Shown: in pieces, positions 18,474 to 27,635 of the stretch
Numbering within the stretch: position 1 is the first letter of the stretch
Layout of the letters: the number at the start of each line of letters is the position of its first letter
Translations under genes and position numbers: made by a program
Notes under the pieces: generated by a model
The model's input: the letters and a program-made list of their open reading frames with translations, nothing else
Databases searched by the model: none
Told to the model about the DNA's origin: nothing
DNA from: Escherichia coli
GTDB lineage: Bacteria > Pseudomonadota > Gammaproteobacteria > Enterobacterales > Enterobacteriaceae
DNA: 64,000 bases
Reading direction: 5' to 3' (one strand)
Assembly (NCBI RefSeq): GCF_024502345.1
Contig: NZ_JALDNN010000003.1

Positions 18474-18920
18474 TCACGAATACTGCTGGGTAATTAAAAC
18501 CGTCGCATTTGATTCCAGCTCTGCCAACGGAATTAGGGGCGTATTGAGCATCATGTCATCGCCGCAATGACGGGGTACAGCCGTCAGATGAAATGATTCT
18601 TTCATGACCCGGATGGAAGTTGTTTCCGTGCGGCAGGAGGGCATTACGTCCCGGAGCATCGTTTCCTGTCCGCTGCTGTCACTTTCAATAAACGCAGCCT
18701 GCGACATGAGAACCTCAATGTCCTCTTCCAATGTTTCGGACCAGTGGCAGTCATAGAAGAAAAACTCGGCGGCGTACAAATCATTTTCTTTCACGTATGC
18801 CGCCAGTTCACGGATACGCTTAGCCAGCGACGTATCAATGGAAAAGAAGACGCTTTGCGGGACATCACTCGCAAATTCATTGATGCAGCTAGCGGACAAA
18901 ATCAGGATTTTATTGGTCAT
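18474..18920 (-). CDS. hypothetical protein, 148 aa
   Basis: Start at MTNKILIL with GGAG upstream. The track ORF extends to 18986. Confidence 0.5.
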   Translation of the reverse strand: MTNKILILSASCINEFASDVPQSVFFSIDTSLAKRIRELAAYVKENDLYAAEFFFYDCHWSETLEEDIEVLMSQAAFIESDSSGQETMLRDVMPSCRTETTSIRVMKESFHLTAVPRHCGDDMMLNTPLIPLAELESNATVLITQQYS

Positions 18921-18967
18921 TTTCAGCTCTCCATGCCACCGGCTGTTCCGGTGGCAATCAGGGATTA

Positions 18968-19774
18968 TCAGGCAGTCACGGGGCACAATTCGTCAAGTGA
19001 AGGCAGTAATTTGCTCAGGCTTTCGTACACGACGGGCATCAATTCAGTGACGCTGTGAAGCGCCATGCTGGTATTGTCTTCTTCGCTGAGAATGATAACT
19101 CCATCCTCACCAGGATTGTCGGGCGTGCTCTCGTCAGAGGCCAGGCGGTGGCGTGCAACGTCATAAGCCGATTCTGATTTTTTGCAGCTCATCAGATAGC
19201 ATTGAGTGTATGTGTATTCGTGGTTGTACTGGTTCACTTTCACCAACGCATACTGAACACCGGCATCATGAGCTTCGTTCATCAGGCGAGAAAAATTAAA
19301 GCCTTCTTCGTAGTGGTGTGTATCTTTAGTCACCACAATAGTCGCACCGCCGAACTCGTTTTCGCGTGGTCGGTCGCAGACGAAAGCGGCATTGATTGTG
19401 ACCATCTCAGGCAGGTTAAACACCGACAACACGGCAGTTGTTACCGCGATAGCGTGGTCGAGGTTAATGCTTTCATCATGGCAGATTGCCAGGCCTTTAC
19501 CGGTGATTTCCGCTTTGAGTTCCAGCTCGTAATTGTCTTCTGGTGACTCCGACTGACCAAAAGTCGGCTCAAACGGATCGCACTCCGGGTGGTTCTGAAT
19601 AATACCCAGGACAAGCAATTCAGTGAGGGAACACTCTGAAACCGGTTTAGACAGCAAGTGTTCACCTTCCGCCACATCCGTGTCTGTAACATACGCAATC
19701 GCGTCCAGTGCCATCTGTGCCTGTTCCTGTGAACAGAGAATTGTGAAGGATGCCTGAGTGTAATTGTTCGCCAT
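18968..19774 (-). CDS. hypothetical, visibly acidic protein, 268 aa
   Basis: Long ORF with AAGGAG upstream. No motif recognised. Confidence 0.6.
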   Translation of the reverse strand: MANNYTQASFTILCSQEQAQMALDAIAYVTDTDVAEGEHLLSKPVSECSLTELLVLGIIQNHPECDPFEPTFGQSESPEDNYELELKAEITGKGLAICHDESINLDHAIAVTTAVLSVFNLPEMVTINAAFVCDRPRENEFGGATIVVTKDTHHYEEGFNFSRLMNEAHDAGVQYALVKVNQYNHEYTYTQCYLMSCKKSESAYDVARHRLASDESTPDNPGEDGVIILSEEDNTSMALHSVTELMPVVYESLSKLLPSLDELCPVTA

Positions 19775-19961
19775 TGCATAACTCCTTATTTAATTAAATG
19801 TGATTGCTGTCTGTGAATAGATAATATCAAAACAGATACCTGCACCTAATAACCAATAATGAAATATGTTCGAAATTTTTATAGAGCAGACAGCGCCATA
19901 TTTAATAATCCAACTTTTATTCTGGATACGGTGTAAAATAAATATACGGGAAAACAAAAAA

Positions 19962-19976
19962 CCGCCACAAGGGCGG
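19962..19976 (-). terminator. rho-independent terminator
   Basis: CCGCC-ACAAG-GGCGG hairpin followed on the minus strand by TTTTTTGTTTT, downstream of the 20002-20265 gene. Confidence 0.55.
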
Positions 19977-20001
19977 AATTTATTAGACGGGAAAGATTTG
20001 G

Positions 20002-20265
20002 TTATACGGTATGTGTCAGGGAGGAAGCAATGAGCCTGTCTGGTAACAGTGATTGTAGGGACGCAGACGAAATAACAAGCACCTGATCCAAGTGCGCTAT
20101 ACCTTCGTCGATATGTTGCTGGAATGCCGCTTCAGCTTCACCGCAGGAGTCCGCTTCGACCAGCATCACCTCTTCCTCATCATCAAACATCATGCGGCCT
20201 GAGATAATATACAGTCGGCTTAAGTCCGGGGTATTTACAGCGATGCCCTGTTCGTTAATCATCAT
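20002..20265 (-). CDS. hypothetical acidic protein, 87 aa
   Basis: ORF with GGAGAAA upstream of the ATG. Confidence 0.5.
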   Translation of the reverse strand: MMINEQGIAVNTPDLSRLYIISGRMMFDDEEEVMLVEADSCGEAEAAFQQHIDEGIAHLDQVLVISSASLQSLLPDRLIASSLTHTV

Positions 20266-20321
20266 TTTTCTCCGCCTTCAATTTTTAAATTTGTCAGTTC
20301 TGCTACGTGTAAAAAACAGCA

Positions 20322-20654
20322 TCAGCCCTGTAAACCCGGACAGGTATCAACGTAGCTCATTGGTTTGCCGATCGCGGCGCTCAGGCGAAGGATTTCGCCG
20401 ATGGAGACGTACCGAAGCATTTCCGAACGCCCGTGTTTCTGGTATTCATCCACCGACATAGTGCGCCAGTCCTTGTGCGGTGCGGTTTTGCACAACTGCC
20501 AGTTGTCGGCAGTGGTCGGGCGACGCAGGACATATACACCCAGCGAAGGCGTGAGGCCACTGCCGAATGCCTGCTCCACCACAATACGTACTTCAGAGCC
20601 GTCGGGGCGTTTCAGTGTCTGAGTAATTTTAGTAATGAGCTGTTCGGATTCCAT
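20322..20654 (-). CDS. hypothetical protein, 110 aa
   Basis: ORF with a TTATTAG-family promoter 40-70 nt upstream. Confidence 0.55.
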   Translation of the reverse strand: MESEQLITKITQTLKRPDGSEVRIVVEQAFGSGLTPSLGVYVLRRPTTADNWQLCKTAPHKDWRTMSVDEYQKHGRSEMLRYVSIGEILRLSAAIGKPMSYVDTCPGLQG

Positions 20655-20693
20655 ACTATTAACCTCGACCGTCAGTTGGGTTGCTGTAGGGAT

Positions 20694-20725
20694 ATTTTAC
20701 CAAAGTCGGCTCTCTGGCTAATAAG
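20694..20725 (-). promoter_or_regulatory. putative promoter of the TTATTAG family (CTTATTAGCCAGA, TTAGCC-N16-TAAAAT)
   Basis: Conserved motif with a 16-nt spacer to a good -10 hexamer. Confidence 0.5.
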
Positions 20726-20950
20726 TAAGAAGTGATTTTTTTCATTCATTGAAGTTTCTTTCATATGGAATGAATATTAATTATTTAAACTGACTCGGCC
20801 TATTTTAATTATTATTAATCAGGGTATTTAATGTGCAAATTGGCAGGGCGCTGAATTACCGGGCATCCATTGCCCGGACAGTTTATTAAAAAAAACTGAT
20901 AATGCCCCGCCGGAGAATTACGCCAATTCCTGTGAAGGCATGGTCTGGCT

Positions 20951-20965
20951 GAAAAGTTACTTTTC
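20951..20965. promoter_or_regulatory. perfect GAAAAGTWACTTTTC box with a CCCGGTTGCC extension
   Basis: The sequence is GAAAAGTTACTTTTCccggttgcc, and the site is intergenic. Confidence 0.6.
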
Positions 20966-21153
20966 CCGGTTGCCCTGCCTTGATCCCGTATCGTTTATAC
21001 CGGTCTGCTCTTACATCCTACCTGGGCAGCAGCTGGCTACGGTGATCGGGTATTAAAATAGAACCGGTCTGTTTTACCGCAGATTCAACGCCCCGCACCT
21101 AGCGTAAAATCGCCTTTCCCGGATGCCCTCCTTAGTCGTCCGGCACGATGGCG

Positions 21154-22324
21154 CTACTCCCAGCGATAAGGGGTAAAATAGTCCTCGTTAACAGCAAGAA
21201 ATTCGGTCAGGGAATGCATCGCCTTCGTGTCATATGCCGTCACAATAAAACGGTATCCGTCCACCGTTTCGATGTAGCTGATCCCCCGTGGCGTGCAACT
21301 GGATTTCACAACTTCCGCCGTCATCATAAACTGCCCTTGCGGGAATTCCGGTGACAGGTAGATAAAGCCAGTGGTGGCTGATGACGGGTTGGCATTCATC
21401 AGCACGCTGTTAAATTGCTTTCCGTGCCGCGCCGGAATCAACGCGCTCCCCGCTGTCGCCTGAGTCATCAACTGGCGGATCAGGGTTTCCTCTTTATCTG
21501 AGCTGTAGGCGCGAACATCATTTTCAGCCCCGGAGCGTGAGTAGACGCCGACATGAGCAAGACGTCGGTACTCGTTACGCATATAGGCATGACAGGATGC
21601 ACCGGCTCGCCCCTGAAGAGTGACGCCAAAGTCTTCACATAACATCAGTACCTGGCGCAGGTTTTTGTCATAGACCGTGGCAGAGAGCGCCAGGTTATAG
21701 CTGATGAATGTCAGCTCAAAAACCCGGGTATGTGCGTCACTAAGGTGTGCCTCCATGCGGATCACTGGTTTCTCCGTCATTGGAAACGGCGTACCGGCCA
21801 AGCAGTACGAGGTAACATCGCTAAAACACTCGTCGATCACACTGGCAATGACCGTATCGGCGTCAATGACAGCCGGAGCTGGAACATAAATCTGAAACTG
21901 TCCTTCAGTGCCCGGTTGGATCAGGACGGGGTATAGACGCGGGGAATTGAGTTGTTCGCAGTCGGCATTGATCAGTTCTGTCCAACCGGGTTTTCCGGTG
22001 GGAGCATCAAGGCGAAGACCCAGGTTATCGCAGAAGTCGACGATCTGGCGGGAGTGCTCCACCATCACTGCCCCGGAGAGTGTCAGACCGTGCGTAACCA
22101 TCTGCATCTCACTCGTCCGGGTCTGGGAGTTCTGGGACCAGGGCTGTAATGAAAGCGTCGTCCGACTTAAGGAGGGAATGATGGTTTCATTCAGAGGTTC
22201 AATAAGCTGGCAATGCGCATACAGCCGGGTGGCGAGGAAGTCAAATATGAAGCTTGCCTGTTGTTTTGTGCTGGCCTGAATATAAAACATCGCATCCATG
22301 CCTGAATCCCGGGATGAAATACCG
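21154..22324 (-). pseudogene. IS1-interrupted gene for a roughly 394-aa protein of unknown function
   Basis: The reading frame continues across the IS1. The original first codons, ATG AAA CTT TTC GGT ATT TC, lie at 23112-23093. The 9-bp duplication gaaataccg sits at 22316-22324 and 23093-23101. Confidence 0.75.
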
Positions 22325-22379
22325 GGTGATGCTGCCAACTTACTGATTTAGTGTATGATGGTGTTTTTGAGGTGCTCCA

Positions 22380-22655
22380 GTGGCTTCTGTTTCTATCAGC
22401 TGTCCCTCCTGTTCAGCTACTGACGGGGTGGTGCGTAACGGCAAAAGCACCGCCGGACATCAGCGCTATCTCTGCTCTCACTGCCGTAAAACATGGCAAC
22501 TGCAGTTCACTTACACCGCTTCTCAACCCGGTACGCACCAGAAAATCATTGATATGGCCATGAATGGCGTTGGATGCCGGGCAACAGCCCGCATTATGGG
22601 CGTTGGCCTCAACACGATTTTACGTCACTTAAAAAACTCAGGCCGCAGTCGGTAA
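22380..22655 (+). CDS. insA: IS1 InsA
   Basis: Canonical InsA sequence. Confidence 0.95.
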
Positions 22656-23077
22656 CCTCGCGCATACAGCCGGGCAGTGACGTCATCGTCTGCGCGGAAA
22701 TGGACGAACAGTGGGGATACGTCGGGGCTAAATCGCGCCAGCGCTGGCTGTTTTACGCGTATGACAGGCTCCGGAAGACGGTTGTTGCGCACGTATTCGG
22801 TGAACGCACTATGGCGACGCTGGGGCGTCTTATGAGCCTGCTGTCACCCTTTGACGTGGTGATATGGATGACGGATGGCTGGCCGCTGTATGAATCCCGC
22901 CTGAAGGGAAAGCTGCACGTAATCAGCAAGCGATATACGCAGCGAATTGAGCGGCATAACCTGAATCTGAGGCAGCACCTGGCACGGCTGGGACGGAAGT
23001 CGCTGTCGTTCTCAAAATCGGTGGAGCTGCATGACAAAGTCATCGGGCATTATCTGAACATAAAACACTATCAATAA
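22574..23077 (+). CDS. insB: IS1 InsB frame
   Basis: Canonical InsB sequence. A few substitutions distinguish it from copy A. Confidence 0.9.
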
Positions 23078-23120
23078 GTTGGAGTCATTACCGAAATACC
23101 GAAAAGTTTCATTTTTTACC

Positions 23121-23417
23121 TTAATGGATGAGCGATTTATAATCATGCGCCGACAGGTGGACGTTATGTACGCCATCGTTCCACTCAAAGAATAGCCGAT
23201 ATTTTGAATTAACTCGAATGGAAGAATACCGGTTTGCGGTCATTCTTAAGCGTTCGTACCGCAAACTACCAGATAACAATTCGCGTTCGTTTTTAACATT
23301 ATTTAACGTTTCCAGTCTGCATGAAATCGCATTAATCAGTTCAGCAGGAATGCCTGCCGTGGATTTTCCATTACGGAAAAACTTTTCCAATCGCCTGTCT
23401 TTAAATGAATGGATCAT
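23121..23417 (-). CDS. HigB-like (COG3549 'killer protein', RelE superfamily) toxin homolog, 98 aa
   Basis: MIHSFKDRRLEKFF..G...GIPA....I..RL...........L....S.RVN..YRLFFEW..G....V.L..HDY follows the HigB pattern. The usual HPLKGDR segment is replaced by ERLRMTANR. Confidence 0.6.
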   Translation of the reverse strand: MIHSFKDRRLEKFFRNGKSTAGIPAELINAISCRLETLNNVKNERELLSGSLRYERLRMTANRYSSIRVNSKYRLFFEWNDGVHNVHLSAHDYKSLIH

Positions 23418-23480
23418 ATTTTCCTCCGTAACGAAATGAGTTTAAATAAATAAGAATTAAAAAAGCCTAAATCTAATTTA

Positions 23481-23948
23481 TTACATCCCGAGGATTCTGG
23501 CTGCGACCGTCAGTTGTTTATCACTTAATGGAAATTTGCGTGATAACGTCGACTTCAGGCTGTTCAAAAAACTGTTCTCGCCGTCTTGCTGCGTGATGGC
23601 GTCCACCAGTTCTTGGTGGTTCTGACACCAGAGGTTGAACGCGGAAGTCTTTGATTGAACAGCACGTTGACGCTCTGCTGCCTGAGCGGCTGAGATCTTG
23701 CGAGCAGCTTCTGGGTATATGCGATACAGTGCAGTCAGGGTGTAACAGGTACGGGTAGTGACCAGGCTATAGCCAGTGGCATTACAGGCAATACAGCGGC
23801 TCTTATAAAAGTGATTGCGTTCGCCACGTCCATTGCATTTATTGCAAGTAACACGGTAAATATATTCCCCGGTGCCTTTTACTGAATCAATACACTTAAT
23901 CTTAGCGTTATCGATTGCCATTCCGCTACGGTCAAAGTATTTATCCAT
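23481..23948 (-). CDS. protein with a DnaJ-type CxxCxGxG zinc-finger pair, 155 aa; paralog of 44649-45356
   Basis: Contains CNKCNGRGE...CIACNATGYS. The C-terminal region resembles that of the 235-aa ORF. Confidence 0.6.
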   Translation of the reverse strand: MDKYFDRSGMAIDNAKIKCIDSVKGTGEYIYRVTCNKCNGRGERNHFYKSRCIACNATGYSLVTTRTCYTLTALYRIYPEAARKISAAQAAERQRAVQSKTSAFNLWCQNHQELVDAITQQDGENSFLNSLKSTLSRKFPLSDKQLTVAARILGM

Positions 23949-23977
23949 TTTTGATTCCTCAGGTTTGGTCTGAAGTA

Positions 23978-24013
23978 ATAATGACAGATTGGCCTCGCTG
24001 GCTAATAACCTGA
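23978..24013 (-). promoter_or_regulatory. putative promoter of the TTATTAG family (TCAGGTTATTAGCCAGC, TTAGCC-N16-CATTAT)
   Basis: The 17-nt motif is identical to the one at 25671-25687. It lies about 50 nt upstream of the 23948 start. Confidence 0.5.
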
Positions 24014-24661
24014 ACGAACGTTTTTTGAAAATAAATCAGGAAGGATGATTGAGATGATTTATATATGCAGGATTCAATTTTAATGGAGGGTATTTTCAGA
24101 ATTATCTGTTTACAAAAAACGAAACAAATCCTAATGAGGCATTTATTGCATCACAATAAAAGTGATTGCTTTTCACTCATTTGAGTAGCGATGCTTAAGT
24201 ATTTATCCGTTTTAAGGTATAACAGCAGCGTGATACGACTCAGGGAATGCCTGTCCGTCACCTTAATGATGCTTTACTTCCGGTTGCCGAAACAGTCCAT
24301 ATGGCTGACATGTATTACACGCACGGTCTAACGCAGTTCCGGGGGGTGGCACAGCGGCGTGATGCCGCTTTAATCTGGAAAACGCAGGCATCTACTGGTG
24401 CCTCAGGATCGCGGCACTCGCAAGCTGAAACACCAGAGCCTGTTCGTCTTCCGGCTGTATCGCTCGTCCCCGTCTACAAAACCCGTCTCATCCGCAGGTA
24501 TCGCTGGCGCACTCCCAGACGGTTAGAGGCTTTCGGGAACTGCCTGGGTCAAAGAACACCGGCGTTCAGGTAGCTGTTGAAATGGACATCTACACGTTTT
24601 TGTTCAAGTGATTCAGTTGTGGTGAGGGCATAACGGGTAATGCCCTCCCGTGAAGCCCTGA

Positions 24662-24676
24662 GAAAAGTTACTTTTC
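24662..24676. promoter_or_regulatory. perfect GAAAAGTWACTTTTC box
   Basis: Reads GAAAAGTTACTTTTC, about 70 bp upstream of the 24747-24778 promoter candidate. Confidence 0.6.
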
Positions 24677-24746
24677 CAGGATTAATGCAGTCTGGCTTTT
24701 AATATAAATTCAGGGGATATTTTTTAAAAAAAATACCTGTCGTCAA

Positions 24747-24778
24747 CTTATTAGAAAAGTAAGTCAAAATGCTAGAGT
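24747..24778 (+). promoter_or_regulatory. putative promoter of the TTATTAG family (CTTATTAGAAAAG, TTAGAA-N16-TAGAGT)
   Basis: Same TTATTAG core and 16-nt spacing as the other sites, 30 nt upstream of the 24808 ATG. Confidence 0.45.
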
Positions 24779-24807
24779 GTTCTCATTCAAAAAGAGGAGA
24801 ACTAACC

Positions 24808-25584
24808 ATGCCAAAATATTTGTTACCTGCCGAGCTTGCGGAAATTGTTTGTGGATTACTGGTGCAACCAGCATTATTGAATGAATTAAAAACACCAGCC
24901 ACGCATAAAGCATTTATGCAGGACATCGGCGAGCTGGTGGCGAAACATTGCGGCGGTCAAATTGACGGCGTGATCATGCCTGAGGTACGCGATGAAGACA
25001 GCCAGGCCGATTACCTGACATCTCCAGATGAAACCCCTTATATTGTTGTCTCTCCTGGCCAGGACATGCACTCCCTCACAGATAACGTCTGGCGTCATCA
25101 TGCCCGGGATGGCTGGCTTGACCATATCAAAGGCAGTGTCGAAGAAAGCCCTGATGAACTGCCGACCCACAAAGAGTGCGCTGTACGCCGCTACACCCTC
25201 CAGCGTCTGCTCCTTCAGGAAGAAACCAGCCATGCTAATCTGCCAGTACAGGTGGTGCGGATGTGTGAGTACAGCACCGACGATGTTGAGCAGACCGATT
25301 CTTCAGCAGAGTTTAACGTCACAATGGCGCTCGGTGGTCATGCCATGCTGGCAGTAAAAGATACAGATTCCCGTCTGGTGATGGCCCTGACACTCTTGAT
25401 TGAAAATGGAGTTCCCTCTGTCCACGTTAATGCGGGTGACACTGATCCTTCAGTTCTGCACATCCGGGCAGCTCACGGTGGTCTGGTTCTTTCAACCGAC
25501 TCCCTTAATCATGATTTCAGTATTTCGCCCTCTGACCAGTATACCTACGGACGCCCTGGATTATTATTGAAAGCCGCCTACTGA
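24808..25584 (+). CDS. hypothetical protein, 258 aa, tandem paralog A
   Basis: AGGAG lies 8 nt upstream of the ATG. Homologous end to end with 25734-26510, for example LAEIVCGLLVQPALLNEL vs LATIITALLVKPELLGEL. Confidence 0.7.
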   Translation: MPKYLLPAELAEIVCGLLVQPALLNELKTPATHKAFMQDIGELVAKHCGGQIDGVIMPEVRDEDSQADYLTSPDETPYIVVSPGQDMHSLTDNVWRHHARDGWLDHIKGSVEESPDELPTHKECAVRRYTLQRLLLQEETSHANLPVQVVRMCEYSTDDVEQTDSSAEFNVTMALGGHAMLAVKDTDSRLVMALTLLIENGVPSVHVNAGDTDPSVLHIRAAHGGLVLSTDSLNHDFSISPSDQYTYGRPGLLLKAAY

Positions 25585-25670
25585 TTTATTAATTCAAAAT
25601 CCGTCATTATTATTTACCCCCATTTTTCGCCCCTAACTTATGGGGCGAGTATATTTTAAAAAACTTTCTT

Positions 25671-25706
25671 TCAGGTTATTAGCCAGCAAACTAGAACTGG
25701 TAGAAT
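25671..25706 (+). promoter_or_regulatory. putative promoter of the TTATTAG family (TCAGGTTATTAGCCAGC, TTAGCC-N16-TAGAAT)
   Basis: Conserved motif with a good -10 hexamer, 28 nt upstream of the 25734 ATG. Confidence 0.55.
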
Positions 25707-25733
25707 TAATTCATCAGAGAAAAGGGGACTATC

Positions 25734-26510
25734 ATGGCTAAATTAATTTCGACGCGTGAACTGGCAACAATTATTACTGCATTACTGGTAAAACCAGAAT
25801 TACTGGGCGAGCTGGATTCCCCAGAAAAACATCGCGCCCTGATGGAAGATCTGGGGCGTGTTGTGGCAGAGCATTGTGGCGGTAATGTCACTGAAATCGC
25901 ACTACCGGAGACCGATGGTACGGCTGCTGAAGGCGCGTTGCAGAATGGCCAGCCCGTCCGCTATCTGGAAACCAAAGAAAGCTCTCCGTATCTCATCGTA
26001 CACCCTGACGCCTCACTGCCGTCGGTGACGCAAAACGTCTGGATGCACGCTGATCATGATGGCTGGGAAGAGCATTTCAACGGAGAGACCGATGCCCTGA
26101 CTCCAGAGATGAGCGAGCAGTTCCGCCAGCAGGTTTATGCACTGCTGACGCCGGAATCCCATACCACCTCTTCAGAAATGAGACTGACTTTGCAGGACTG
26201 GCAACTGGGTGAAGCCGAGATCCCAGAAGAAGACTGTCAGCCCTACCAGGTGAAGGTGTTAGCAGAAAATAAAAACGTTCAGTGCGAAGTGACGAATGAA
26301 ACCGGCACCACGTGTTTCGGCCTCATTTTGGAGATCGACCGTGGTGTACCGACGCTGCACATTGATACGGGCAGTGATTCACTGCTGCACATTCACGCGG
26401 CACATGACGGCCTGGTTCTGACACCGGATGCACCGAGCCACAGATTTGAAGATGCTCCTGTAGATCGCTTTTCTTATAACAGCCCGTCCCTGTTGGTGCC
26501 TGGGGTGTAA
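25734..26510 (+). CDS. hypothetical protein, 258 aa, tandem paralog B
   Basis: See 24808-25584. GGGGA RBS. Confidence 0.7.
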   Translation: MAKLISTRELATIITALLVKPELLGELDSPEKHRALMEDLGRVVAEHCGGNVTEIALPETDGTAAEGALQNGQPVRYLETKESSPYLIVHPDASLPSVTQNVWMHADHDGWEEHFNGETDALTPEMSEQFRQQVYALLTPESHTTSSEMRLTLQDWQLGEAEIPEEDCQPYQVKVLAENKNVQCEVTNETGTTCFGLILEIDRGVPTLHIDTGSDSLLHIHAAHDGLVLTPDAPSHRFEDAPVDRFSYNSPSLLVPGV

Positions 26511-26574
26511 CCAGGCAAACTGCCCAGCGGTATTTTGGCCCCGGGTAAAATTATTCAGAACAGGAGTCAGGCAG

Positions 26575-26697
26575 ATGGGCGATGTTGCCACACTACCACC
26601 GAAAATTAACGATGGCGTACTTCGACGCTGGAATGCTCGCGATAAAGCGGATAAAGAGGCGCTGGCCGACTATGGCGTTAGCGTGAAGGAGGAGTGA
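26575..26697 (+). CDS. possible small protein, 40 aa (below the ORF-track cutoff)
   Basis: My own translation is MGDVATLPPKINDGVLRRWNARDKADKEALADYGVSVKEE. CAGGAG RBS. Its 3' end carries the AAGGAGGAG RBS of the next gene. Confidence 0.35.
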   Translation: MGDVATLPPKINDGVLRRWNARDKADKEALADYGVSVKEE

Positions 26698-26698
26698 A

Positions 26699-27040
26699 TT
26701 GCGCGAATTACTTGGAATGGCAGGTGCAGAACATCAAGCCTCCGTAATGTATCAAACGTTCGGACACCTCGACGCGAAGCTAGGCGAAAAGCATAAAGGT
26801 CACTTCGTTTTTATCAACGGCCAGCACGGCGATCTGTGCGTTGTGCATAGTGAATTTTCATCCTTTGACGAAGGTCCAGGCTATTTCAGTGACCGTGCCG
26901 ACTTCATCTGGGAATTAGTTAAAAACGACGGCCCATGCTCTAAGGTCGGGATTTACCGATTTGACGGCGAATACGCGCTTCCTAAGCGCCGGAATGGGAG
27001 AAGATTTTCAGGAAGCGTAACGTGCCTGCAAGCATTCTAA
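26699..27040 (+). CDS. hypothetical protein, 113 aa
   Basis: TTG start 5 nt after AAGGAGGAG. Confidence 0.5.
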   Translation: MRELLGMAGAEHQASVMYQTFGHLDAKLGEKHKGHFVFINGQHGDLCVVHSEFSSFDEGPGYFSDRADFIWELVKNDGPCSKVGIYRFDGEYALPKRRNGRRFSGSVTCLQAF

Positions 27041-27140
27041 TTCCGTGCTGCATGAGCGCCGACAGGTCTTCCGTACAACGGGAGGCGGCACAGTTCGCGT
27101 GCAACCATCCCCACACAATAACTCGACTGAGTACATAATA

Positions 27141-27404
27141 ATGACGAACGCTAACGCAAATGACGGGAAGACCAGCCCGGTATTACCCACTCTCGAACAG
27201 GTCTATGCTCTGCTCAAGGCCAACTATAAACCCGCACGATTTGCTGATCGGGATGGGGAAATCTGGGGGCATGAGTATTCATGGAACTTGGCAAGATCCA
27301 GTTTGCAAGACCTGGAGAAATACGGGAAATCATATGTATCCAAGCATTCCGACCGGATGGGCGATGGATTCAGTTTTGGTCCTGACCTGGTCATTATTCG
27401 CTGA
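27141..27404 (+). CDS. hypothetical protein, 87 aa
   Basis: ATG-started core of track ORF 27045-27404. The RBS is weak. Confidence 0.4.
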   Translation: MTNANANDGKTSPVLPTLEQVYALLKANYKPARFADRDGEIWGHEYSWNLARSSLQDLEKYGKSYVSKHSDRMGDGFSFGPDLVIIR

Positions 27405-27455
27405 CATACGCACGGAAGTGAGTAAGATGGCTGGCTGCGCCGGAGAACTAGAGTA

Positions 27456-27635
27456 ATGAAGGGTAAAAATATCGTGGCTCGTGTCGTGCGGGAAGCGGCC
27501 TATAAGTGGGAAACTCGCCACCAATTGCAGCAGGCGTACAATTCAGCGAGTGACGTGGGAAAAGTTCCCAGACATTCCGGTTCCGCATCTGATTTACGCC
27601 AGACGCTGTCATTTTTAATTCTTTGTAGGGCATGA
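27456..27635 (+). CDS. possible small protein, 59 aa (below the ORF-track cutoff)
   Basis: My own translation is MKGKNIVARVVREAAYKWETRHQLQQAYNSASDVGKVPRHSGSASDLRQTLSFLILCRA. GGAG lies upstream. Its TGA overlaps the next ATG (ATGA). Confidence 0.4.
   Translation: MKGKNIVARVVREAAYKWETRHQLQQAYNSASDVGKVPRHSGSASDLRQTLSFLILCRA

Larger units (their letters stand above)
22325..23092 (+). mobile_element. IS1 copy B, 768 bp, with a 9-bp target-site duplication
   Basis: Canonical IS1 ends, with gaaataccg directly repeated on both sides. Confidence 0.95.

Noticed and set aside
6087-23092. Two inverted IS1 copies flanking 15.5 kb as a composite transposon.
   Set aside because: The outer flanks differ (ttaaatttg vs gaaataccg). 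Copy B has its own perfect 9-bp duplication. Copy A's duplication pairs with a site at 8552-8560. Two independent events explain the structure better.
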